Shown here: piece after piece, positions 8,068 through 15,207 of the stretch
Numbering within the stretch: the first letter of the stretch is position 1
How the letters are laid out: each line of letters begins with the position of its first letter
Made by a program: the position numbers and the translations under genes
Source of the DNA: Planctomycetota bacterium
GTDB taxonomy: Bacteria > Planctomycetota > SZUA-567 > H5-PLA8
Length of the DNA stretch: 15,207 nt
Assembly: GCA_045863855.1 (NCBI GenBank)
Contig: BTVV01000141.1
Coordinates: forward strand, 1-15,207
Direction: 5' to 3'
Notes under the pieces: generated by a model
What the model was told of the DNA's origin: nothing
The model's input: the letters and a program-made list of their open reading frames with translations, nothing else
Databases searched by the model: none

Positions 8068-8086
8068 ACTCGGTGGGACGGATCGT

Positions 8087-9061
8087 ATGCACGTTATATT
8101 GGACCAGTACCTTAAAGCGCTAGAAGTCGCCGGCCGTGCTTCGACGGCGCGCAGCAACCGCCGTGTCTTGGACCGCTTCGACGCGTACCTGCGCGCCCAA
8201 GGGCTCGAAGACCCGTTGCAGGCCACCGAAGAGCGCTTACGCGCCTTCCAACGGTTCCTGGCCGAGGACTACCGCCGCCCCGATACGCGCCGAGCCCTGG
8301 CCAAGGCCACGCAGGCGACCTGGGTCAGTGTGGTCAAGGCTTTCTACTTGTGGGCGTACCGGCGCGGGATGCTGGGAGTTGATCCGGCCCGGCGCTTAAA
8401 GCCGCCGCGGATCGTGCGGCGCAAGGTCAAGGCCGATCCCCTCGACCAGCAGGAGACGATGGCGTTCCTCCAGACGCAGGCCCAGCGCGTGGCTACGCGT
8501 ACGCACGGCAGCCGGAGTTGGGCCGTCGAATGCCGGAACCTGGCGCTCTTGGCTCTTGCCTTCGCCACGGGGAGGCGGCGCGAATCGCTGCAGGATCTGC
8601 GCGTGGGCGACCTGGACTTCACCCGCAACGAAGTCCGCGTCGAATGGGAGAAGGGGCAAGCCGGCCGCGTGCTTCCCGTCGCCGCCTGGGCCATGCAACT
8701 GGTCCGGCCTTACCTGGAGCACGCTCGGCCTGTCTTGCTAGGCCATGGTCCTGACCCCGGCTGGATCTTCCTGGGTGCGCGCACCGAACGGATCTGCGGC
8801 GAGTACCTGGGCCGGCTGATCCAGGCCCTCCAGGCTCAGACCGTCGAAGCCCACCCCGACCTGGACGAGCTGGCCGCCAAGAAACTCTCCAGCCACTCCA
8901 CCCGCGTCACCTTTGCGACCGTGCTCTTCCGTAACGGAGCCGATATCCGCGGCATTAACGAACTGCTCCTGCATAGGCGCCTGTCCACTACGGCCAAGTA
9001 CACGCCGCTGCACGTGGACGACCTGCGCCGCGCATGCCGGGCTGCGCACCCGAGGGCTTAG
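8087..9061 (+). CDS. Tyrosine recombinase/integrase (XerC/D-like) 1
   Basis: SAM-like N-terminal domain; catalytic set TGRR (R), EKG (K), HSTR (HxxR), LLH (H), AKY (Y). ATG 8087, 324 aa. Confidence 0.92.
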   Translation: MHVILDQYLKALEVAGRASTARSNRRVLDRFDAYLRAQGLEDPLQATEERLRAFQRFLAEDYRRPDTRRALAKATQATWVSVVKAFYLWAYRRGMLGVDPARRLKPPRIVRRKVKADPLDQQETMAFLQTQAQRVATRTHGSRSWAVECRNLALLALAFATGRRRESLQDLRVGDLDFTRNEVRVEWEKGQAGRVLPVAAWAMQLVRPYLEHARPVLLGHGPDPGWIFLGARTERICGEYLGRLIQALQAQTVEAHPDLDELAAKKLSSHSTRVTFATVLFRNGADIRGINELLLHRRLSTTAKYTPLHVDDLRRACRAAHPRA

Positions 9062-9062
9062 C

Positions 9063-9977
9063 GTGGAAGACCAGATCGAAGCGTACCTGGGGCAGCGTGC
9101 GGCCGAAGGGTTATCGCCTAAGACCCAGGCCCATTACCGGCGCGTGCTCACAGGATTGGCGGCGTCCTTTCGGTCACGCGGGGTAGCCAGCTGGGCGGAT
9201 GCCGTCCCCGATACGGTGGACGCGTACCTGGAAGAGTTGTCCAAGCGCTACTCGTTCGGGAGCCGGGCCTCGTTCACGATCACCGCCCGCGCCTTCCTGC
9301 GTTGGCTGGCCGAGAGCGGAGCGATGCCCGTTGACCCGGCCCGCCACGTGACCGTACCGCGGCCCGAGAAGGATGACCTGCCGCTGCCTGAGCCGCCCTT
9401 GAGCGAGGCCGACGTGGCCGAGCTTCTGAACGCGATGCCCAAGCGTAACGCCGTGGACCTGCGCGATATCGCCCTAGTCGAGCTGCTTTATTCCGGGGGC
9501 CTGCGGATCAGCGAAGCGTTGGCGCTGGACTTGCGCGATACCGACTTCCAAAACCGCGTCCTGCATGTCCGTAGCGGCAAGGGCGCCAAGCCCCGCGAGT
9601 TGCCGCTGCTCCAGGGGCTCTTTATCGCCTTGCGTACTTACTTGGCATTGCGCCGCTCGCTCTTGAAAGGCCCTGACCACGGCGCGCTCTTGCTGACCAA
9701 CCGGGGGCAGCGCCTGACGATCGGCGCCTCGGATCGGATGTTCGACAAGCTCAACCGCCGCCGGGGGCCGAAGGCGCCGCACTTGCACGCGCACCGGCTG
9801 CGCCATTCGATCGCGGTGCACATGCTGCGCGGGGGCGCGGACATCCGCTACATCCAGGCGTTCTTGGGGCACGACTCTCTGGAGAGCACCAAGATCTACT
9901 TGAGGCTGGTGCCGGCGGACTTACGGAAGGTTTATGACGCGGCGATGCCGGTGCTGGCGGGTGCTCATGGCGAATGA
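9063..9977 (+). CDS. Tyrosine recombinase/integrase (XerC/D-like) 2
   Basis: GTG 1 nt after the upstream stop. GLRISE, GKGAK, HRLRHS, LGHDS and KIY motifs are all canonical. 304 aa. Confidence 0.95.
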   Translation: MEDQIEAYLGQRAAEGLSPKTQAHYRRVLTGLAASFRSRGVASWADAVPDTVDAYLEELSKRYSFGSRASFTITARAFLRWLAESGAMPVDPARHVTVPRPEKDDLPLPEPPLSEADVAELLNAMPKRNAVDLRDIALVELLYSGGLRISEALALDLRDTDFQNRVLHVRSGKGAKPRELPLLQGLFIALRTYLALRRSLLKGPDHGALLLTNRGQRLTIGASDRMFDKLNRRRGPKAPHLHAHRLRHSIAVHMLRGGADIRYIQAFLGHDSLESTKIYLRLVPADLRKVYDAAMPVLAGAHGE

Positions 9978-10090
9978 GTCTTTAACTCCTTTACCTGTCT
10001 TACTTTGTGCCCTCTTATTAATTACTCATAGAATGTATAGATCGTTCATAAAAGAACTATTTTTACATTTGTTGCTTAATTAGCCGATCC
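9978..10090. promoter_or_regulatory. AT-rich intergenic region with imperfect palindrome; probable promoter/operator of the XRE-ImmA operon
   Basis: Sharp AT-rich shift. AATGTA-TAGATC...GAACTA-TTTT-TACATT dyad at 10032-10069. Confidence 0.4.
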
Positions 10091-10227
10091 TGGGTATCTT
10101 GATGTTGGGGGTGAATCCCTTCAAAGGAGGTGTTACCGCGAAGCAATGGATTGCCGGTGTTAGCACGAGCGACGGGCCAGGAGCAAGGTCCGGGGGGCTA
10201 ATGGCTGGCTTAGAGGAGGAGCAGGGG

Positions 10228-11388
10228 ATGGGGGAACGGGCGGAAGTGATCGCGCCGAACATTAGGCGGTTAAGGCAACGCAGCGGGAAAAGCCAGGCCG
10301 AAATTGCAAGCAGGTGCGGTATGAGCCTTTCTGCGTTTCGCCGCATCGAGGCCGGGGAGGTTGTGCCTCGGGTGGATACGTTGCAGGCATTGGCCGAGGG
10401 GTTTGAGGTGCAGCTACAGGATTTGCTGGCGCCAGCGTTTCAGTTGGAGCGTGTGCGCTTCCGGGCCAAGAAGCAGCTTAAGTGCCGCGAGCAGGTGCTC
10501 ACGGACATGTCGCGTTGGTTGCAGGACTACTGTGGACTCGAAGATTTGCTGGATGAGACCCAAGAGCGGGACAGTTTGAAGAAGATTCCGGTGCCCGAGA
10601 GGCCCGATCTGCTTAAGCGTGCAGAGGACGCAGCGGAGCATGCCCGAAAGGCATTCGGACTGCGCGAAGGCGATCCAATCCGGGACATCTGTGGCCTGCT
10701 AGAAGATAAAGGCGTGAAGGTCTACTCCATGCAGGTGCACTCGGATGATTTCTTTGGCCTTTCGGTGGCTGAAAAGGATACCGGCCCCGCTATCGCCGTG
10801 AACACGTGGGATCGCATTTCGGTGGAACGCTGGATTTTTAGCGCTGCCCACGAGTTGGGGCATCTCATCCTGCATCTTTCCGCCTTTAAATCGGAAGAGA
10901 CCGAAGAGAACGAGAACGAGGAACTTCAGGCGAACCATTTCGCCTCCTGCTTCCTGATGCCGAGACGGGCATTTGAGAAGGAATGGAGTGAAACCTACGG
11001 CCTTCCATTTATTGAACGCGTTTACAAGGTGAAGCATATCTTTCGCGTCAGCTACAAGACCGTCCTGTATCGCCTGGACCAGATGGACTCCAGAGGCACA
11101 AACTATTGGCCGAAATTCTACGCCGCGTATCAGAGAATGAACGGAACTAAGCTCGCAAAGCACGCTGAGCCTGCGTCCGTTCCTGAAAGCGCATACATGA
11201 AGAGCATGCCCGCATCCCGGCGCCCTGAAGAGCCCGAGAATATTCAACATGGATTTGTTCAGGATCGTCTTTACCGGCTAGTTCGAAAAGCCATCGAGGA
11301 CGGGAAGATTACGAGGTCGAGGGCAGCGGAAATTCTGAGAAAAACGCTCGATGAATTCCACGACCTGCAAGCCGCGTGGGTGGAGTGA
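10228..11388 (+). CDS. XRE-family HTH fused to ImmA/IrrE-family (DUF955) Zn metallopeptidase
   Basis: NIRRLRQRSGKSQAEIASRCGMSLSAFRRIEAG is an HTH_3 pattern. ERWIFSAAHELGH (HExxH) and ELQANHFASCFLMP. ATG 10228 follows GAGGAGGAG; alternative ATG at 10201. Confidence 0.93.
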   Translation: MGERAEVIAPNIRRLRQRSGKSQAEIASRCGMSLSAFRRIEAGEVVPRVDTLQALAEGFEVQLQDLLAPAFQLERVRFRAKKQLKCREQVLTDMSRWLQDYCGLEDLLDETQERDSLKKIPVPERPDLLKRAEDAAEHARKAFGLREGDPIRDICGLLEDKGVKVYSMQVHSDDFFGLSVAEKDTGPAIAVNTWDRISVERWIFSAAHELGHLILHLSAFKSEETEENENEELQANHFASCFLMPRRAFEKEWSETYGLPFIERVYKVKHIFRVSYKTVLYRLDQMDSRGTNYWPKFYAAYQRMNGTKLAKHAEPASVPESAYMKSMPASRRPEEPENIQHGFVQDRLYRLVRKAIEDGKITRSRAAEILRKTLDEFHDLQAAWVE

Positions 11389-11394
11389 TTATCC

Positions 11395-11913
11395 GTGTCA
11401 GCGCGCCGAGTGAAGCGGGTCATTGATGCGAGCGCGCTGATTCAGCTTCTGGAGGTGTGTGAGAGTGTACTGGCACTTTCATCAGGTCAGGTGGTCGTGA
11501 TCGCCGTGCCAGTACCCGTTTTGTACGAAAAGCGAAGTTTAACTGAAGAGCGATGCAGGGCCTTGGGGTTGGAAATCGTTCGCGGCGAGACCGAGCAGTT
11601 GTTGGAAGCTGCGGCAAGGAAGGGGAAAGGCGGGCTTTCTTTTCAGGACTGGAGTTGCGTCATCATTGCCCAAGACGCGGGTTGGGGGATCATTTCCGAG
11701 GATAAGCCGTTGATCAAGGTGGCGCGCAAGGAAGGTCTCAAGGTAACCGGTTGTTTCGACCTATTGGCGGAGCTTTACGAGAAAAGCCTCCTACGGATTG
11801 ATGATGCGCAAACGTACGCCAGAAACCTTCAGGCAAACAATCCGGGGTACATACCTTACGACGATGTAGTGGCGCTGATTGAAAGGCTCAGGAGGACCAA
11901 ACCGAAAGGTTAG
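11395..11913 (+). CDS. PIN-domain protein (putative RNase toxin)
   Basis: VIDASALI, LSFQDWSCVIIA and IISEDKPL give the PIN acidic residues. Starts 6 nt after the ImmA-like gene. Confidence 0.8.
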   Translation: MSARRVKRVIDASALIQLLEVCESVLALSSGQVVVIAVPVPVLYEKRSLTEERCRALGLEIVRGETEQLLEAAARKGKGGLSFQDWSCVIIAQDAGWGIISEDKPLIKVARKEGLKVTGCFDLLAELYEKSLLRIDDAQTYARNLQANNPGYIPYDDVVALIERLRRTKPKG

Positions 11914-11919
11914 CCGGAG

Positions 11920-11951
11920 AAAAAAGCACCCCCGGCCTGAACCGAGGGTGC
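11920..11951 (-). terminator. Intrinsic terminator with U-tract on the minus strand
   Basis: GCACCCCCGG-CCTGAA-CCGAGGGTGC hairpin preceded by A6 on the + strand. Confidence 0.65.
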
Positions 11952-12023
11952 GATACTACTAACCCAAAGGGAACCGGACCTCCCTTAGGGCGGGGTTGAA
12001 CACCCCTACTTGAGGCGTGAACA
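11920..12023 (-). ncRNA. Candidate ~105 nt small RNA
   Basis: Minus-strand TTGAAT(12057-12052)-16 bp-GATACT(12035-12030) promoter-like pair, two internal hairpins and the terminator above. No ORF. Confidence 0.4.
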
Positions 12024-12180
12024 ACTTCAAGTATCGGCTGTTTCCCCCCGAATTCAAGTGGTCCTTTTAGCCTGTCGCCTGAGGCGGGAAGGGAGGGGTG
12101 TTGCCTCGCGACGGGCCGCTTGCTTAACGCACGTGTGTGCGATGGGTTTCCTAAGACCAGTTGATGAAAGGGCTTACGTC

Positions 12181-12444
12181 ATGAGATTTGTTAATTTTGA
12201 ATTTAATGCAAGCCGGGGTGACGTAGTTGAGGTAACCCTGCCGGGAAGGGCTGCGAATGTACTGTTGCTGGATCCGTTTAACTTCCGGGATTTCAGATCA
12301 CGTAGAAGCTACCGGTATCGCGGTGGGTTTTTTAGAGGATCTCCGGTTCGACTTGCCGTACCGCAATGTGGTCATTGGTACGTGGTTGTCACGGATCCAC
12401 ATGGCGGAATCGTGAGCGCATCCGCTCGGCTGCTCTCGGCGTAG
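12181..12444 (+). CDS. DUF1883-like small beta-rich protein
   Basis: 87 aa. GDVVEVTL..AANVLLLD..NF..FR..R.YRY.GG....SPVRL.VP..GHWYVVV matches my recollection of the DUF1883 pattern. Confidence 0.75.
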   Translation: MRFVNFEFNASRGDVVEVTLPGRAANVLLLDPFNFRDFRSRRSYRYRGGFFRGSPVRLAVPQCGHWYVVVTDPHGGIVSASARLLSA

Positions 12445-12452
12445 TCGATGGC

Positions 12453-12495
12453 GCCTGAAGACTGCACGACACGGGTTGCCGGGCAGTCTTCAGGC
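12453..12495. repeat. Perfect 13-bp inverted repeat (stem-loop, possible terminator)
   Basis: GCCTGAAGACTGC (12453-12465) / GCAGTCTTCAGGC (12483-12495), 8 nt after the upstream stop. Confidence 0.75.
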
Positions 12496-12556
12496 TACTT
12501 AAGGCAGGTACGATGGCTTTAGAAGTCTGAAGCCGTTCCATTGAGCGAGGACTACC

Positions 12557-13414
12557 ATGCATACCGAATCGGAACTGTTTTTTGAGCGCTACCTATCCCA
12601 GAACGGCTACACAGCGTATGCGTTCGAGCCGTCGATTGCCGGACAAGAGTCGAAGCCAGACTACCGGATCGAATGGCAGGGCGTATCCACCTACCACGAG
12701 ATCAAGGAGCTATGCGAGAAAGGGTCGCGTGATTCCAAGGGCAGGTGGTTTAATCCGTACAAGAGCCTGCGCAAACTGATTGGCAAGGCTCGGTCCAAAT
12801 TCGGCGCGCTTGCAAGTAGTCCTTGCACTTTGGTGGTGATGAACGTAGGCGATTGGACGGCTCTCCTCGATCCGCGAACGATCTTTGGTGCCATGCTCGG
12901 TGACCTCGGATTCAAAATGCGAATCAATACGGTTACGGGGGCTGTGGAGGAGTCGTCGTTTACTAATGCCTTCCTGGGTGGCGGCAAGATGATCGCTCCC
13001 CACACCGGCGATTTCCAGAACCAGACGATTAGCGCCATTGTAGTGCTAAAGGCATCCAGGTTTTTAGAACCTGATTTCGGCCGTGATTTGCGCCGGCTGT
13101 TGTTGGATGCGAAATGGAAGAAGGGGCGGCACCTTTCCGAACGGGAAGACATTGAGTTGCGATGGAACTTTTACGCTCGCTACCCGCGAGGCCGGTTCAC
13201 GGTTCCGCGTGTCGTTGTGGTCGAGAATCCGGTTGCTCGAAAGCCTCTTCCTGCAACCATGTTTCGCGGCCCCTACGACGAGCGGTGGACGGTAGGTGAA
13301 AATGGAATGGCGTGTGAATACGAAGGTGCGCTCTTGAAAGAGCAGAGGCAGATCAAGCGCGATATGCCGATCGTAACGCGTGACGAACCCGAGAACGACG
13401 AATTGAGCGCCTGA
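12557..13414 (+). CDS. Putative PD-(D/E)XK restriction-endonuclease-fold protein
   Basis: RBS GAGGA. N-terminal SELFFERYL helix, then KPDYRI...YHEIKEL (E / PD / ExK). 285 aa. Confidence 0.7.
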   Translation: MHTESELFFERYLSQNGYTAYAFEPSIAGQESKPDYRIEWQGVSTYHEIKELCEKGSRDSKGRWFNPYKSLRKLIGKARSKFGALASSPCTLVVMNVGDWTALLDPRTIFGAMLGDLGFKMRINTVTGAVEESSFTNAFLGGGKMIAPHTGDFQNQTISAIVVLKASRFLEPDFGRDLRRLLLDAKWKKGRHLSEREDIELRWNFYARYPRGRFTVPRVVVVENPVARKPLPATMFRGPYDERWTVGENGMACEYEGALLKEQRQIKRDMPIVTRDEPENDELSA

Positions 13415-13438
13415 TTCAATGGCCGGCTGGAGTTAACC

Positions 13439-14017
13439 GTGCAAGTAAACCCGGAAGCGTTTTGGATCGAATACCGGGAAGCCTTGCGTGCACGCTGCCG
13501 GACTGTGCGCACGCTTGACGATCCGCTGCGGAAGCAGACAGCAGCATGGACCGAGGCCGTCATCAAGGTTGCGCGTGGTGTGATGGAATCGGCCTTCAGC
13601 TTGGAAGTGCGCAGTGAATACTTGAATCTCGATTTAGTCGGTGTGGAGCCCAAGGGGGCGGGTGAGTACGACTTCGACATCAGGATCGCCTTCGAGCACG
13701 AGAACAAGCCAGGCACCTACATGGACGAGTTGTTCAAACTATCGCATGTGGTCGCTGACCTGCGCGTGCTGGCGACCTATTACACCGGCTCCCGAGAAAA
13801 GGCGTTAATGGCTCTGCAAAGCCAGCTTGCAAGCATGGAGGATCGCATACGCCGGCAACCCGATAGCGAATGGCTGTTCATCTGGGGGCCGGTAGATTCT
13901 CTAAAGCACAAGATCCCTTATGCCGCGTTTGCCTTCGACACCCATGGCACCCTGATCGAGTTGGATACGTCCTCGCCCTTCATGCCCTCGGCCGAGTTCA
14001 AACTCATTAGAGCATAG
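13439..14017 (+). CDS. Putative PD-(D/E)XK-like nuclease-fold protein
   Basis: GTG after GGAG. SEYLNLDLVG...IRIAFEHEN...DELFKL...ADLRVLATY fits a D...ExE variant of the fold. 192 aa. Confidence 0.6.
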   Translation: MQVNPEAFWIEYREALRARCRTVRTLDDPLRKQTAAWTEAVIKVARGVMESAFSLEVRSEYLNLDLVGVEPKGAGEYDFDIRIAFEHENKPGTYMDELFKLSHVVADLRVLATYYTGSREKALMALQSQLASMEDRIRRQPDSEWLFIWGPVDSLKHKIPYAAFAFDTHGTLIELDTSSPFMPSAEFKLIRA

Positions 14018-14117
14018 GACGCCCTAGCCCAGCTCTGCCTGAATCCGTCGCTTACCTACCTGAAACGAGCCTCTTCTTCCTCCGTGACGCCCCTGTAACC
14101 GGCGCTATGCTGTTCCC

Positions 14118-14396
14118 ATGGTCATGCTGGCCCCTTCCACCGCCACGTCTTGCGCCGTAGGGGATCGGCGAAACTTCGGAGGTCTTGGCACTGGTTTTAC
14201 CTTGAACGTAGAAGTCCCCGCGGCCAAGGAAGCCTTCAACGGTAACACTGGAGAGGTCTTGTTGAGGGCAACGGCCAGTGACCATAAAGGCGGTGTGAAT
14301 ATCGAAGCTCAGGCCTTACCCGAAATGCGCAACACAAAGATCTTCTCCCTAACGCTGGGAGTGGTACATAAACAGGGGGGGGGGGCAGGTCAGTGA
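14118..14396 (+). CDS. Small hypothetical protein or gene fragment
   Basis: 92 aa, beta-rich looking, no clear RBS. Stop overlaps the next start (GTGA) and the ORF contains a G11 tract. Confidence 0.3.
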   Translation: MVMLAPSTATSCAVGDRRNFGGLGTGFTLNVEVPAAKEAFNGNTGEVLLRATASDHKGGVNIEAQALPEMRNTKIFSLTLGVVHKQGGGAGQ

Positions 14397-14839
14397 GGCG
14401 TGCGATTAGGGTCGCGTATCGGTTGTCTTGGGGCGTGCTGGTCCAGGCGCTCGCGGCGCGCGGGGAGGATGCGGTGCCGGAGAAAGCCGGCGAGGTGACG
14501 GTGGAGTTCGCGGACGAACGGGTCAAGCGGGCGCTCTCGCCGGAGGCGGCGAAGGGACTCAAGCGCTTGATGCGGGAGGCCTATTGGGAAACCCCTCGAA
14601 AGTGGGAAGCGAAGCCGAGCGGTTGGTTCCGCGTTGGGGAACAAACCTACTGCTGGATGGAGGATCTTGTTTGGTCTACCGACTTAAACGCGGGATTCCG
14701 CTCGAACCTAACATTGGCGCAGGATCAGGATCCGGCTGAGGAGGGCGAAAAGCGAGTTGCGGCGTGGAATTGGCGGCTGGAAGCGTTTGAGGGGAAGGGC
14801 GCTGAAGCTGAGGCGGCGGCGCGGCAAGCTCAACGCTGA
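14393..14839 (+). CDS. Hypothetical protein, possibly exported
   Basis: 148 aa. Basic N-terminus, moderately hydrophobic stretch and ALA/ARG cleavage-like site. Confidence 0.45.
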   Translation: MRRAIRVAYRLSWGVLVQALAARGEDAVPEKAGEVTVEFADERVKRALSPEAAKGLKRLMREAYWETPRKWEAKPSGWFRVGEQTYCWMEDLVWSTDLNAGFRSNLTLAQDQDPAEEGEKRVAAWNWRLEAFEGKGAEAEAAARQAQR

Positions 14840-15152
14840 AACCCAAGACGGGTGCGGGTGCGAACTCCGCAAGAAGTCTCTAAGCCGCGCCGCAAGCTGT
14901 CCTATAAGGAGGTGGTAAAGCGTTCGCGGTATGTGGAGAGAACGTGAAAGGAAAAAATTTCGTCGAGCACCGTGCGAAAATCTGCCGGATGCAACCAACC
15001 CAATACAACCTTAGTTCCCCCAAGGTATTACACATTTCGTAAACACAAATGAAACACACTGCTCTCTTTTAGCTTGTCATATATATGCGGTGGTATATAC
15101 AGTCTTGCATTAGCTTTGACTTTCCTGCTCTTCACATCCGAAAGGTATGCTT

Positions 15153-15207
15153 ATGCGTATCCCGCTCTTGTTTTTCTGTGTTGTTGCATTCCTTCTGACA
15201 CCGCTGG
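15153..15207 (+). CDS. 5' end of a probable secreted/membrane protein (runs off the window)
   Basis: AAGG RBS, then MRIPLLFFCVVAFLLTPL..., which is signal-peptide-like. Follows an AT-rich intergenic region. Alternative ATG at 15147. Confidence 0.5.
   Translation, partial: MRIPLLFFCVVAFLLTPL

Larger units (their letters stand above)
5240..10070 (+). mobile_element. Putative integrative element core: primase-derived ATPase plus tandem tyrosine recombinases
   Basis: Three co-oriented high-GC genes, an abrupt switch to AT-rich DNA at 9978, and shared motifs at the left edge and in the internal repeats. Boundaries are approximate and cargo may extend to the right. Confidence 0.6.

Noticed and set aside
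8087..9977. Chromosomal xerC/xerD, RIT element or integron integrase
   Set aside because: Adjacent pair in a mobile context, only two recombinases (RIT has three), no evident IntI-specific insertion and no attC array. No gene symbol assigned.

Overview
This window looks like a composite mobile/accessory island, with no housekeeping, rRNA or tRNA genes recognised. Left (281-4664): a phage/plasmid-like cluster with a small RuvC-like resolvase, an opposite-strand Cys-motif protein that may be a divergent Rep, a sigma-region-4-like HTH protein, two hypotheticals and a serine resolvase. Centre (~5240-10070): a high-GC three-gene module. It encodes a DnaG-derived protein whose primase part appears catalytically dead but whose P-loop ATPase is intact, followed by two tandem tyrosine recombinases. 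A two-copy ~165-170 bp composite repeat lies between the ATPase and recombinase genes, and inverted copies of the same motifs plus a recombinase-core-like site lie at the left edge. Right (10228-14839): lower-GC cargo with an XRE-HTH/ImmA-IrrE metallopeptidase plus PIN pair, a candidate ~105 nt antisense sRNA, a DUF1883-like protein, two PD-(D/E)XK-like nucleases, and small ORFs around a G11 tract. All assignments come from reading motifs by eye; no searches were run.
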